Below, piece by piece: positions 38,942 through 48,351 of a stretch of 64,000 nt of DNA; the stretch's first letter is position 1, and each line of letters starts with the position of its first letter. The notes beneath the pieces are model-generated. The model made no database searches. It was given only the letters and a program-made list of their open reading frames with translations, and was not told the DNA's origin. The stretch is from a virus. The stretch is from IMG/VR virus record IMGVR_UViG_3300027608_000016, positions 1 through 64,000 of that record, one strand, 5' to 3'. The translations under genes were made by a program, and so were the position numbers.

Positions 38942-40156
38942 TCATATTATATCACGAAATTTTTCAATGTCTATTTTCCATTCAGAATTTAATCCATTGT
39001 CAAGGGGTTCGCAGTTGTTTATATCAACTCTTTTAGTTTTGTAAGAGTGATCATTTTTCCATCCTGCTATTGCAGTGTCACTATATGCAATAACTGCAAT
39101 ATTTCTATCGAGTTCTATTATTTCTCCTATCGTATCGCCTACTTTGACTCGCATATAAAGTTTAAATTTGGCGTTTTCAGTATGATATGTGAAATCAAAC
39201 GGGACATGTTTTACGTTTTTAAAGGTGTGTTCAAATCTTTTATTCACATTTAAAAATTCTGGTGAATTTATAGATACAAGCTTGCACTTTTCATTTGAAA
39301 ACAGAACATTGCACAACCCCCCACCTATTGCACCAACAACAGTTTCAGCATTCATAAAGTATGAAAGTTTTTCCATCGTGCTCATATTTTCCGTGAATAT
39401 TTCAACGAAACCACGAGTTTTTAAATATTCTACTAACTCGTTTTCGTTCTGCATTTTGCGTCTTGTTGTATAATTCGTTCCAATGTTTGAATAATCTGCA
39501 TGTATCCAACTTCTTCTGGACACATAAATCTTATTGGGGGTAGACTGGATAGGGGATATTTTATTTGTTATATCTCTGAATAATTCATATACTTCTTCTC
39601 TTGGTGGAAGATTTGAATCTATATCATGGGTATAAGAGTTAGAAACGTAAACATTAGAATATTTTGTATCACTATCTACGAATAACATATCGTTTTCAGC
39701 TATCCCTAACATTGCCAAAAATTCTGTCACGAATTTATATAAAGATGATTTACTGGAATCTGAATGATTTATCAGGAGTTTTAGTTCGGGTATGTCTTTT
39801 TTAACCTTAAAATAAGAAATTAGATAAGGTAATGTATCATATATAAAATGAAAATAATTGTCAATGTTATACATAAAGAAGAATACTGGATTTCTTTCTG
39901 TCTTTGTATATTTCGGAACTTCTACCCCCTTTAAAGGTTTGTGCTCTACGTTTTTTAAGGACATGACAATCTCGTTTATCAGTCTATACGATTCCAATGT
40001 TTCGTGTGAATATACTATAACATCTGGATAATAATAGAACTCCTTTAAAAAAACAGCATCTTTCACAGTATATATATTGATACTCCTACCATTACAATCC
40101 ATAGGATACAAATTATAGTGTTCCTTTACTTCGTGTAATTTTTTAACTATGTCCAT
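38942..40156 (-). CDS. GT61 (DUF563) glycosyltransferase
   Basis: NYFHFIYDTLP, KIYVSR, RRKMQNENE, GGGLCNVLF. Confidence 0.82.
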   Translation of the reverse strand: MDIVKKLHEVKEHYNLYPMDCNGRSINIYTVKDAVFLKEFYYYPDVIVYSHETLESYRLINEIVMSLKNVEHKPLKGVEVPKYTKTERNPVFFFMYNIDNYFHFIYDTLPYLISYFKVKKDIPELKLLINHSDSSKSSLYKFVTEFLAMLGIAENDMLFVDSDTKYSNVYVSNSYTHDIDSNLPPREEVYELFRDITNKISPIQSTPNKIYVSRRSWIHADYSNIGTNYTTRRKMQNENELVEYLKTRGFVEIFTENMSTMEKLSYFMNAETVVGAIGGGLCNVLFSNEKCKLVSINSPEFLNVNKRFEHTFKNVKHVPFDFTYHTENAKFKLYMRVKVGDTIGEIIELDRNIAVIAYSDTAIAGWKNDHSYKTKRVDINNCEPLDNGLNSEWKIDIEKFRDII

Positions 40157-40947
40157 ATATTATTACGATATTGATGCACACCATCAGAATTATTTCTATA
40201 TAAAACTGTCCAAATTCCACAGTTTCCAGTATGTGTTATTATGAACTTACATTTAGATATTATTTTAGTGACGCTTAATATTCTAACTGCAAATTCTGGT
40301 CTATGATTGACATCGATTAATTTATGCATGACCAATTCACAATTCTTTGAGATGACGGGCAGTTCATCCATGAAAAAACAATTATTGAAGTTTTTACAGA
40401 ACTCCTCTCTAAATTCCAATTCATCTGTTTGCACGAAAAATTTACAGTTTTTGTTTATTTCTCGTATCTCTTTACATTTATCGAAAAATTCATCGTAAGA
40501 TGCTATTGTCGTCTCTTTACACTTATCATTGCCCCTATAATATACCGCAACTGTGTTTTCGTAATCTATGCTGTATTTAGTCTCTAAATGTTTAACATAT
40601 TCTTCAACTCTTTCACTAGTAGTGAAATATTTTTCTATGAATGGTGCCAATGATTTATAATCTATGTTTCTATATTCTGAAAATTGATCGTCGTGATGAT
40701 ATTTAACTGCTTCTACATACTCTATATTAACGTCATCACGAATAGTGTATAAATAGTTCTCTATATTGTATATATCACTGGATTTATAAGAATTAAGTTG
40801 ATTAGAACTGTCCACGGAAACTGGAATTTTTCCATGTTCATTGAAATATGAAATAATCTCAGACAGTTTTACAGAACAGCATGAAAAAAATCCTGCATTG
40901 TGTGTAACAATTAATTTTCCGTCTTGTATGTAACTATGTCCCCCCAT
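40147..40947 (-). CDS. NodZ/GT23-like fucosyltransferase-fold protein
   Basis: AGFFS, VYYRGNDK, VQTDE, GNCG. Confidence 0.7.
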   Translation of the reverse strand: MGGHSYIQDGKLIVTHNAGFFSCCSVKLSEIISYFNEHGKIPVSVDSSNQLNSYKSSDIYNIENYLYTIRDDVNIEYVEAVKYHHDDQFSEYRNIDYKSLAPFIEKYFTTSERVEEYVKHLETKYSIDYENTVAVYYRGNDKCKETTIASYDEFFDKCKEIREINKNCKFFVQTDELEFREEFCKNFNNCFFMDELPVISKNCELVMHKLIDVNHRPEFAVRILSVTKIISKCKFIITHTGNCGIWTVLYRNNSDGVHQYRNNIWT

Positions 40948-40948
40948 T

Positions 40949-41752
40949 TTATTTTTTGTTATAATTTGCTATTATTTTATTGTGTATTCTTTCCTTAATG
41001 GGAAAGTATGAAAAAGCTCTGCTGTAATTATCCATTATAGCTTCACGTTTAGAGTTGAATAGTTCAGGTGTTAGTGTATTACATGTGCTAATCAATTCAT
41101 CAATGGTATTCACCGTTATTATCCCATCCATATTGAAATAATCACCTATATTAGGACATCCATAGTATATAGGAACAGTTTTACAATGAAAGCAATCTAT
41201 AATCTTCTCTGAAAAATAATTAATCTCCACAGAATTCTCCATACTTATCGAGAACATAGACTTGAAAAGTGGCAGTTTTTCTTCTAGTTTATCCATCGTA
41301 AACGGAAGTTTTCTGTTTTCGTCTATTACTGTTATGTTAGAACTGAAAAACATTTTAGGTGTGTTTATCTCGTTTTGTCTATCCCATAATTCTTTCCTGA
41401 TTCCATATTTCAAATTAGGATTTACGTGCGCTGAACACAAAAAAGATACTGAGAAATTTTTAATATCTATTGAACTATTCGGTTTAACCCATGTATCACC
41501 AAATAGGAAAAGTTCAGCATTGTCACAATTATGGAGTATTTCTGGCGTTTTCGTTAAAATTAAATCGAAGTATTTATGCCTATCTATTATGTCTTGTATC
41601 GGTTGACACGACGAATTTGGTTCCGTTGAATTTATAAACACTTTATACCTGTCTATATCTTTGTATTTGATATGTATGTCATGATCGAATCTTGGACAAT
41701 GTATCTCACAAGGGAACGGCAGTCCTTCATGTAATCCTGCTAACGTGTTCAT
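40949..41752 (-). CDS. GT10-like fucosyltransferase
   Basis: FSISMENS...YFSEKIIDCF...VPIYYG. Confidence 0.85.
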   Translation of the reverse strand: MNTLAGLHEGLPFPCEIHCPRFDHDIHIKYKDIDRYKVFINSTEPNSSCQPIQDIIDRHKYFDLILTKTPEILHNCDNAELFLFGDTWVKPNSSIDIKNFSVSFLCSAHVNPNLKYGIRKELWDRQNEINTPKMFFSSNITVIDENRKLPFTMDKLEEKLPLFKSMFSISMENSVEINYFSEKIIDCFHCKTVPIYYGCPNIGDYFNMDGIITVNTIDELISTCNTLTPELFNSKREAIMDNYSRAFSYFPIKERIHNKIIANYNKK

Positions 41753-42597
41753 ATGTTGTCTAATGGTATATTGTTGCTAATATATGATATCCCGTTACTC
41801 ATTTGTTCCACTAGTATTTGTGTTTTGTGTGTCTCTGGTATTTCATGAAGATGTTTCGCGTCAGTATTGTGTATTTGCGTAGAATCTGAAAGTTGTTTAT
41901 ATAGAGACACTTGTATATTTTTCGTTGTCACTCGCCAATTAAATTTTTCCTCGTGGAATTTAATATTTCCCATATTTCCAGAATGTTTAGCGCATCTCCA
42001 TATATGATTGTCAGCAGGAAATACCATTCCGTTTTGTTCTATAGCATATGACAGTTTTTTAGCACCCGATCTAGTAACAATGTATCCCGCTGCGCCTTCA
42101 ACTAGTTCATCGAACTCTAAATCATTGCAAGGGACTTTAAGAGCGTCAGACAGTCCTTTAAACGATTCTTTCTGCTCATAGCTAGGTTTTATACATTGGC
42201 AACTTATAAGGTCTAAATTAGACAAGTCTAAGCGTTCCACAAACTTCAATAGTTCGTTTCCAGTAAATAAAGGTAGTGCATCATCTTCTAAAATTAAAAA
42301 ATACTCGTATTCGCTATTCAACAATTTTTTCCAAGCGATAAAATGGCTCAATAACACACCAATTTCGCCAACATTTGCCCATTTCCGTCCTCTGAAAGAA
42401 TCGGGAAATGGGTTATCAGAATTTACACCGATTTTATAATTTTCAAATTTAAACATGTAATCATCTCTAATAACATTATTTTTATTTGCGGCATTTAAAA
42501 ATTCGAAATTTATGCCTTGTTCATGTAAATATTTCCCTATAATAGGTCTTCTACTAGAATTTTCTATACTTATTATAACTGTTTGTATGGTTGTCAT
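41749..42597 (-). CDS. GT25 glycosyltransferase
   Basis: SSRR, GEIGVLLSH, ILEDD, GYIVTRSGAKKL, PAD. Confidence 0.88.
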   Translation of the reverse strand: MTTIQTVIISIENSSRRPIIGKYLHEQGINFEFLNAANKNNVIRDDYMFKFENYKIGVNSDNPFPDSFRGRKWANVGEIGVLLSHFIAWKKLLNSEYEYFLILEDDALPLFTGNELLKFVERLDLSNLDLISCQCIKPSYEQKESFKGLSDALKVPCNDLEFDELVEGAAGYIVTRSGAKKLSYAIEQNGMVFPADNHIWRCAKHSGNMGNIKFHEEKFNWRVTTKNIQVSLYKQLSDSTQIHNTDAKHLHEIPETHKTQILVEQMSNGISYISNNIPLDNI

Positions 42598-42600
42598 GTC

Positions 42601-43422
42601 CTAATTAAACAAAAACTGATATTTCTCGAACATCCAATCTTCAGGTGTTCTATATGATTCATAGACAGAGAAATTTTTGTCTATAGAAGATTTAAGGGTT
42701 TTATACATTTCTATTCCATTGATTCGTATATTATTTAATATGTTTTCAAGTTCCTTCAAGGTATTAAATCTCAATATTCCATTTCCATCGAAGTGATTGT
42801 TTACATCACAATCCCCCCAATATATAGGAACAGTTTTTGTCGCAAAGCAATCTATTATCTTTTCTGTGAAATATCCTCTCTGTATAGAATTCTCTATTGA
42901 TATAGAGAACATATAGTCATCAAGTGCCTGTCGTTTGCTTTCTATGGGCGCGTATCCTTTTCCAAACACAGCTACATTATCATATTTTTCGGAAATTATT
43001 CGATGCCTTAAACTGTGCCCCTCTGTAAAATTTTTATTGGATGCTATTATAGAGCAAAGTTCAGTTTTGTTGTATGATGGTATATGATTGTCTACCCAAC
43101 ACATACCATGTGGATAATATAGATAGTTTTCACCCTTATCTACAAGGTTCAAATCATATGTCAACACAAAATCAAAAAGTTTATTGTTTTTCTCTATCCA
43201 GTCGTATGTATTTGGGCTTATGGCCTTTGGTTCTAACAGCCAAGCAATTTTACGTTTAACCCCAACAGATTTATATACATCTAACAAACAATTGTCAGTT
43301 ATAAAGCATGTTTTACTCACCAATACATTATCAGTAATCCATTCAACATGTCTATTCACAGATTTATGACATGATGATGGTTCACCCTTAAAGTTTGTGT
43401 CTCGTATGTTAATTTTTACCAT
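42601..43422 (-). CDS. GT10-like fucosyltransferase
   Basis: FSISIENS...YFTEKIIDCF...VPIYWG. Confidence 0.85.
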   Translation of the reverse strand: MVKINIRDTNFKGEPSSCHKSVNRHVEWITDNVLVSKTCFITDNCLLDVYKSVGVKRKIAWLLEPKAISPNTYDWIEKNNKLFDFVLTYDLNLVDKGENYLYYPHGMCWVDNHIPSYNKTELCSIIASNKNFTEGHSLRHRIISEKYDNVAVFGKGYAPIESKRQALDDYMFSISIENSIQRGYFTEKIIDCFATKTVPIYWGDCDVNNHFDGNGILRFNTLKELENILNNIRINGIEMYKTLKSSIDKNFSVYESYRTPEDWMFEKYQFLFN

Positions 43423-44219
43423 TTATGTATATATTCTTCCAATTCGTATTTCGTCATATTCAATATTTTAGAAAATTCCTTTTCGTTGTTTCCGAAGAAG
43501 GCGTGAGTGTTTTCTTTGTTCTTATTCTCTTCTTTTATATGAGGTAGATGAAACAAATAAGGTTTTTTAGTATTTACATAACAAATTGATATCCCTAATT
43601 TGTTAGCTCTGTGTATTATTTCGTTATCTTCATACCCCCAACCTATAAAATTAGGGTTGAATCCCCCTATTTTTATAAATGTTTCCCTTTTACCAAATAA
43701 CGATCCTCCGACAGCTTTTAAATTCGCTACATGATAATGTTCATTAGTATATAGAAGTGTAAGTTTATCGCAGTCTACAAATTTTCTCAGCCAGTCATAC
43801 ACTTCAACATTTTCATTATGAATGTGCATCAGTTCATCTTTAACATTATAATTAAAATATATACATGTTCCATTATATCCTATACATATACTGTTAGTGT
43901 CAATAACTGTTTGTATTGATTGTATTAGGTTACTATCACTGATAATACAATCAATATCTATAAAACATACAATATCATCCTTACATTTAGACAACCCGAA
44001 ATTGTATCCGCTGCATTTATTATATGCCCCATCATTGAATAAGTGATAATATTCAACGTCTTTGTCGTTAGATAGATATTCGAAATTTTTCAATACATCA
44101 TCTTCGACGATTATGAATTTACAATTTGGTGCAATCTTTCTATAGTGCGACATGACAATAGAAAGGTTTGCGACTCTTTCTTCTGTATCTTTTCTTATAT
44201 GTGCTATGAATGTAACCAT
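43416..44219 (-). CDS. GT2/GT7-like glycosyltransferase
   Basis: DIDC, GGFNPNFIGWGYED, HLPH. Confidence 0.85.
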   Translation of the reverse strand: MVTFIAHIRKDTEERVANLSIVMSHYRKIAPNCKFIIVEDDVLKNFEYLSNDKDVEYYHLFNDGAYNKCSGYNFGLSKCKDDIVCFIDIDCIISDSNLIQSIQTVIDTNSICIGYNGTCIYFNYNVKDELMHIHNENVEVYDWLRKFVDCDKLTLLYTNEHYHVANLKAVGGSLFGKRETFIKIGGFNPNFIGWGYEDNEIIHRANKLGISICYVNTKKPYLFHLPHIKEENKNKENTHAFFGNNEKEFSKILNMTKYELEEYIHKW

Positions 44220-44969
44220 TTAATATATGAATTTATCATATAAGTTAATATTTTCAAATATTGATTTGATTTTTTCAAATTTTAAATGTTTTGTATTGTA
44301 AGCTTGAACATACCCATAGTTGTTATGTGTTCCTCCAAAATCTATTCCAGTATCTTCTTTAGATGGGTCATACTTATTTTTATACCAACTCATACCCTCT
44401 AAATGATTATAATATATCCCTGCTAGATCGACATCACCTATTTTTAAATTTTCTCTCTTAATATCTTCTAAAAAAGTAGAACCTATATCATATATACAAC
44501 TCGTCTTAAAACTGTCTCTCATTCTTTTTTCATCGTGGAATTTTATGTTATGGGATTTCACATCCTCTACATTTATGAAACAGTGCCAAGGATTTACTCT
44601 GTTATATATATGTTTTCCTCCTCTATCTCCTTCAACCTTACCCATAATAGTGATATTCATGTCTTTAAATCTTTCAAATATGTCACTATGATTTTTTAAA
44701 AAAATTACATCAGTGTCTACTAAAAGTGCATACTTGGTTTTACATGATTCGATTAATATATCTACACCTTCTCCATGTGTCTTTCCGAAATTTGAAAGAT
44801 GTGGAACGTTGTATAGTTTTAACACATCGCTAGTATTGTTATCAGTAGAGTTGTCACTTAATATCAGTCGTTGCTGTCTCTCCCCATGAACTGATACCCA
44901 AGATTTTAACATTGTCAGTGTTATATCTGGAGTATTATAGGAACATGTTATCAAAGTCAAGTCATCCAT
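44220..44969 (-). CDS. GT2-like glycosyltransferase
   Basis: CSYN, SDNS, LVDTDV. Confidence 0.75.
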   Translation of the reverse strand: MDDLTLITCSYNTPDITLTMLKSWVSVHGERQQRLILSDNSTDNNTSDVLKLYNVPHLSNFGKTHGEGVDILIESCKTKYALLVDTDVIFLKNHSDIFERFKDMNITIMGKVEGDRGGKHIYNRVNPWHCFINVEDVKSHNIKFHDEKRMRDSFKTSCIYDIGSTFLEDIKRENLKIGDVDLAGIYYNHLEGMSWYKNKYDPSKEDTGIDFGGTHNNYGYVQAYNTKHLKFEKIKSIFENINLYDKFIY

Positions 44970-45807
44970 TTTTTATGTCTTTAAGAGTTTTAAGAAAATC
45001 GTTTTGACTTACCTGTGGTGTTTGTGCAGGATATGTCCCGTTTTTGATCCTGTATTTATCTGCGTTTTTTTGCACGTTTTCCATCCATGCGTCTGTATTT
45101 TTAGCAGTGACACTATTTTTTATGGCATCTTTCTGTGGTGATATATACTCGTCACTATTGTATATGTCCGCAAACCACCAGAAAGGAGGATGGAACCCTT
45201 TTTTAATTGCTTGATATGTATGATCAACATGTTCCCAAGCATTGTAAAACTGTTCATCAATATACCCAATGGATTCTATCACCTTTCTATTGTAATATGA
45301 AAACATTCCGCATATGTGGGGATAGAAAGCCATTTTAATATTTTCATATTCTACTATTATTCTAGGATTAGGTTCTCCGTCATTGTCTAATTCATGTCTA
45401 TTATGTAAATCGAATTGGATGGATTGCTTTTTGTTAAATGGTGTTCCCAATGCATAATTTAAATGTAAAATTCCAGTCTCTTTAGATGCTTCAATATATT
45501 TTTGGAAAACAATCATGTTTTTTATTGTTATATCATCTTCCAGAATGAAAATATGTTCACATCCTGCATCCATAAGATATTTAATTGCTCTATTTTTAGA
45601 TTTACCGATTCCTAAATTTTTTTCGTTTTGTATATATTTCGTAGCAAGATTTAATTTTTCAAGTTTTTCAAAATCTTCATGTGGTTCTCCATCGTTTACA
45701 ACTACTAATTCAGAATAATATGCAGGATTAAATAAAGACCCTAAACATTTAGCCAAATATTCGTGTCTGTTACAAGTTATGATGCCTATTCCAATTTTAT
45801 CGTTCAT
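44962..45807 (-). CDS. GT2 glycosyltransferase
   Basis: ITCNR, VVNDG, ILEDD, IGYIDE, WEHVD. Confidence 0.85.
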   Translation of the reverse strand: MNDKIGIGIITCNRHEYLAKCLGSLFNPAYYSELVVVNDGEPHEDFEKLEKLNLATKYIQNEKNLGIGKSKNRAIKYLMDAGCEHIFILEDDITIKNMIVFQKYIEASKETGILHLNYALGTPFNKKQSIQFDLHNRHELDNDGEPNPRIIVEYENIKMAFYPHICGMFSYYNRKVIESIGYIDEQFYNAWEHVDHTYQAIKKGFHPPFWWFADIYNSDEYISPQKDAIKNSVTAKNTDAWMENVQKNADKYRIKNGTYPAQTPQVSQNDFLKTLKDIKNG

Positions 45808-46530
45808 TTATTTACTAAGTCTAATTTTTTTCAAATCTTCTTTAAGATGTTCCAAATTTCCAGCACTCTGCTCCCAAGGCAAATCTTCGTATTTATATAG
45901 ATACCACTGACTAGAATATTCATCCATTTCGGGTTGTTCTAATACTTTGTTATCGCTTTCAACATCGAAGAACCAAGGAGTTTGTTTATATTCAATTCTT
46001 GGCATTTTTCCTTTGTTGGACAATCTATTAACATAATCAATCATACACGAATAATCTGTCATTCGAACATCAAAATAACCAACAGTCTCAATCGCATCTT
46101 TCCTAATGACTTCTATTGTTATTCTTTGTCCTAAACCTGTCCCTATACTGATGTTTTGTCCACCGTAATCAACCTTTAAAGATATTTTTAATGCTCCTGT
46201 GAAATAAGGAATGTTAGTGTCTTCAATGGCTTTAATATATTTACCTATCGTATCCTTAACCCTTTCTAAGCTTTGTTGCGATAATCTAATATCCGATTTC
46301 CACAATACGCAATATTCATTTTCTGAATTGAAAAAATTTCTCAATGCAGCGTTTTTCAATTGTGTGGTATTATCTTCTTTGGTATATTTAACAACGGAAG
46401 AATCTAATGAGATGTTTCCCTCCTCGTCAAAATCCGTGTTTAAAGTGGATTCAAACCTGTCGAATATTACAAATTTAACCTTAGTTCGAATCTGTTTGGC
46501 TGTTTCTGTAGATATCAATGCATTTTTCAT
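45808..46530 (-). CDS. Degenerate GT2-like protein
   Basis: KNAALR, VGYFD and PWFFD parallel the neighbouring GT2 gene, but the EDD motif reads KSD. Confidence 0.5.
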   Translation of the reverse strand: MKNALISTETAKQIRTKVKFVIFDRFESTLNTDFDEEGNISLDSSVVKYTKEDNTTQLKNAALRNFFNSENEYCVLWKSDIRLSQQSLERVKDTIGKYIKAIEDTNIPYFTGALKISLKVDYGGQNISIGTGLGQRITIEVIRKDAIETVGYFDVRMTDYSCMIDYVNRLSNKGKMPRIEYKQTPWFFDVESDNKVLEQPEMDEYSSQWYLYKYEDLPWEQSAGNLEHLKEDLKKIRLSK

Positions 46531-47539
46531 ATATTTCGTCCTTGTCTAATTCTGTATTTAATAGCTTTATAAATTCTTTCAATGATGAATCTATATCAAT
46601 ATATCCACCGTTTTCCATTTGTTTTGTTGGTGTCAAATCGTCCATCTCTAATACAAAGTTCGTTTTTAATTGAATGGGATTCATATTGTTCAATTTCAAC
46701 AATACCATATTGAGTTTTTCATCCGGTATTTTTTCATCTACCGTCAATTCTATGATGTTATCCTTTATCAGTTCTTTCCATTCTGATTTGCCTTCTAACA
46801 TCTCTCCTAAACTTATTTTCAAATGTCTAGGAGATATTTTGTTAACAATGAACTCGTATTTCATTGTTTCTAGGTCTAATACTGTAATCCCTTTTTCCTG
46901 CCCTGCTTCTCCCCAATTTTGCTCATAAGGGGAACCTAGATATAAAATCTCTTTCTTGTCGTCGTATATTCTATGTTCTCTGTTGTGAAAATGTCCGCTA
47001 ATAATAGTCTTCCCTTTCTCTAAAAATTTGGATGAATCTATACCGTGATCGCATATTTTTACAGAGTTTATCTTAAAGTTACCTATTTCAAAATGTCCAA
47101 ATATTATATCGCTATCAGGAATATCCTTAGTTTCTACACCCCAAGGACAAAATGATATATTTTTGTTGAATTGTTTAACTGATACTAAAGTGTCCAGAAC
47201 TTTTACATTTGGCCATTCACTAAACGGTTTCAAGGAGTGTATAGTAGAATTGTTCTTGAAGTAACAACAATGATTTCCTGTTGTCATCACAACATTAAAA
47301 TCCTTAAATTTTTTGAGGAAAGTCGTTCCACAATCTAAGGTGGTTTGATTTACTTCTTCTCTATAATGGAAGAAATCACCACAAAAAACTATGTCTGTCA
47401 CTCCTCTTTTAGTGAATTCTGATATGGCCCAATCAGCAAAATCCAAACTTATCTTGTGCCATTTATCATTGTTTCCATGAACTCCTATATGGGAGTCTGA
47501 AAACAATCCTATTTTTCTACCTTCTAAAATGTTATTCAT
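46481..47539 (-). CDS. gp47: Recombination endonuclease subunit gp47 (Mre11/SbcD-like)
   Basis: SDSHIG, GDFFH, GNH, GHFE, SGHFH, YLGSP; probable start MNNILEG. Confidence 0.93.
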   Translation of the reverse strand: MNNILEGRKIGLFSDSHIGVHGNNDKWHKISLDFADWAISEFTKRGVTDIVFCGDFFHYREEVNQTTLDCGTTFLKKFKDFNVVMTTGNHCCYFKNNSTIHSLKPFSEWPNVKVLDTLVSVKQFNKNISFCPWGVETKDIPDSDIIFGHFEIGNFKINSVKICDHGIDSSKFLEKGKTIISGHFHNREHRIYDDKKEILYLGSPYEQNWGEAGQEKGITVLDLETMKYEFIVNKISPRHLKISLGEMLEGKSEWKELIKDNIIELTVDEKIPDEKLNMVLLKLNNMNPIQLKTNFVLEMDDLTPTKQMENGGYIDIDSSLKEFIKLLNTELDKDEIYEKCIDIYRNSQTDSN

Positions 47540-48098
47540 CTTCATTCGACGATTCACAATCAGCGTCATACCAAGAGTTTTCGTTTTCGTCATCATCATT
47601 GCCTTTTTTCTGGTATGGTATTTGGCCCGATTCAGTTAATAACCCATAAACACTTGCTTGATATCTTTTTATTGTATCATGATCTTTCTTTTCCTTTTTA
47701 ATTCTGTTTTGAAATGCTCTAAATGCAACTTTAGTAAAATAAGAAAACGGGTTATATCCTGAACCTACTAGGAATCTTCTACGTTTTAAAGCTGTAACCA
47801 TTTTTATGACAGCATCTCCAATCATCTCTTCTTTATATGAATAATTTATAAAATTTTGTGCGAACCCCAATCTCGTAGCTATCTTCTGAATCATATCCGC
47901 TAATTCACTAGAGAATACATCTGTTTCATAGAATTGTTTAATCATTTCTTCCATGTAAATAGGATCGACATAATTAGTTTTCAGTTGCTCTTTAGTTCTT
48001 CTAACTCTCTTTTTAGGCATCTTTTGTTTTAGTTCATCGTCGTGATCTAATCCAGATTCTTCGAAGAAGTCATCGTCTTTTATTTTAGTTTTTTTCAT
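47532..48098 (-). CDS. gp55: Late-transcription sigma factor gp55
   Basis: NYVD, NFINYSYKEEMIGDA, NPFSYFT, AFQNRIKKEK. Confidence 0.93.
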   Translation of the reverse strand: MKKTKIKDDDFFEESGLDHDDELKQKMPKKRVRRTKEQLKTNYVDPIYMEEMIKQFYETDVFSSELADMIQKIATRLGFAQNFINYSYKEEMIGDAVIKMVTALKRRRFLVGSGYNPFSYFTKVAFRAFQNRIKKEKKDHDTIKRYQASVYGLLTESGQIPYQKKGNDDDENENSWYDADCESSNEDE

Positions 48099-48139
48099 AT
48101 ATTTAAATTACATCTAAACTGTTATAGCTTCCTTCATGT

Positions 48140-48313
48140 CTAGACCAACAACCGCACTTGTGTTGTTGTTATCCTCGTTGTTGTTATAAAGTTATAACAT
48201 CCAGTGGTTCCAATTTCATGTATGGTTTCTGCCCCTCCACCGCACCCACATTCATGTAATTCTTGACAAAGTGTTGAATGTGTCATATAGTAAGGTTTTT
48301 CTATATCTTTCAT
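48140..48313 (-). CDS. Small hypothetical ORF (57 aa, ECGCGG), possibly frameshifted
   Basis: Manual translation MKDIEKPYY...ELHECGCGGGAE...; preceded by TTGATT-N16-TATAAT at 48328-48355. Confidence 0.5.
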   Translation of the reverse strand: MKDIEKPYYMTHSTLCQELHECGCGGGAETIHEIGTTGCYNFITTTRITTTQVRLLV

Positions 48314-48351
48314 ATATCGAGTATTGTATTATACACTAGTTTAAAAATAAA

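Noticed and set aside
25628-46530. Island as a contaminating bacterial O-antigen/capsule locus
   Set aside because: It overlaps gp47, shares the phage's 16-bp-spacer promoter style and lack of SD motifs, and lacks export/polymerase genes. Read support would still be the decisive test.
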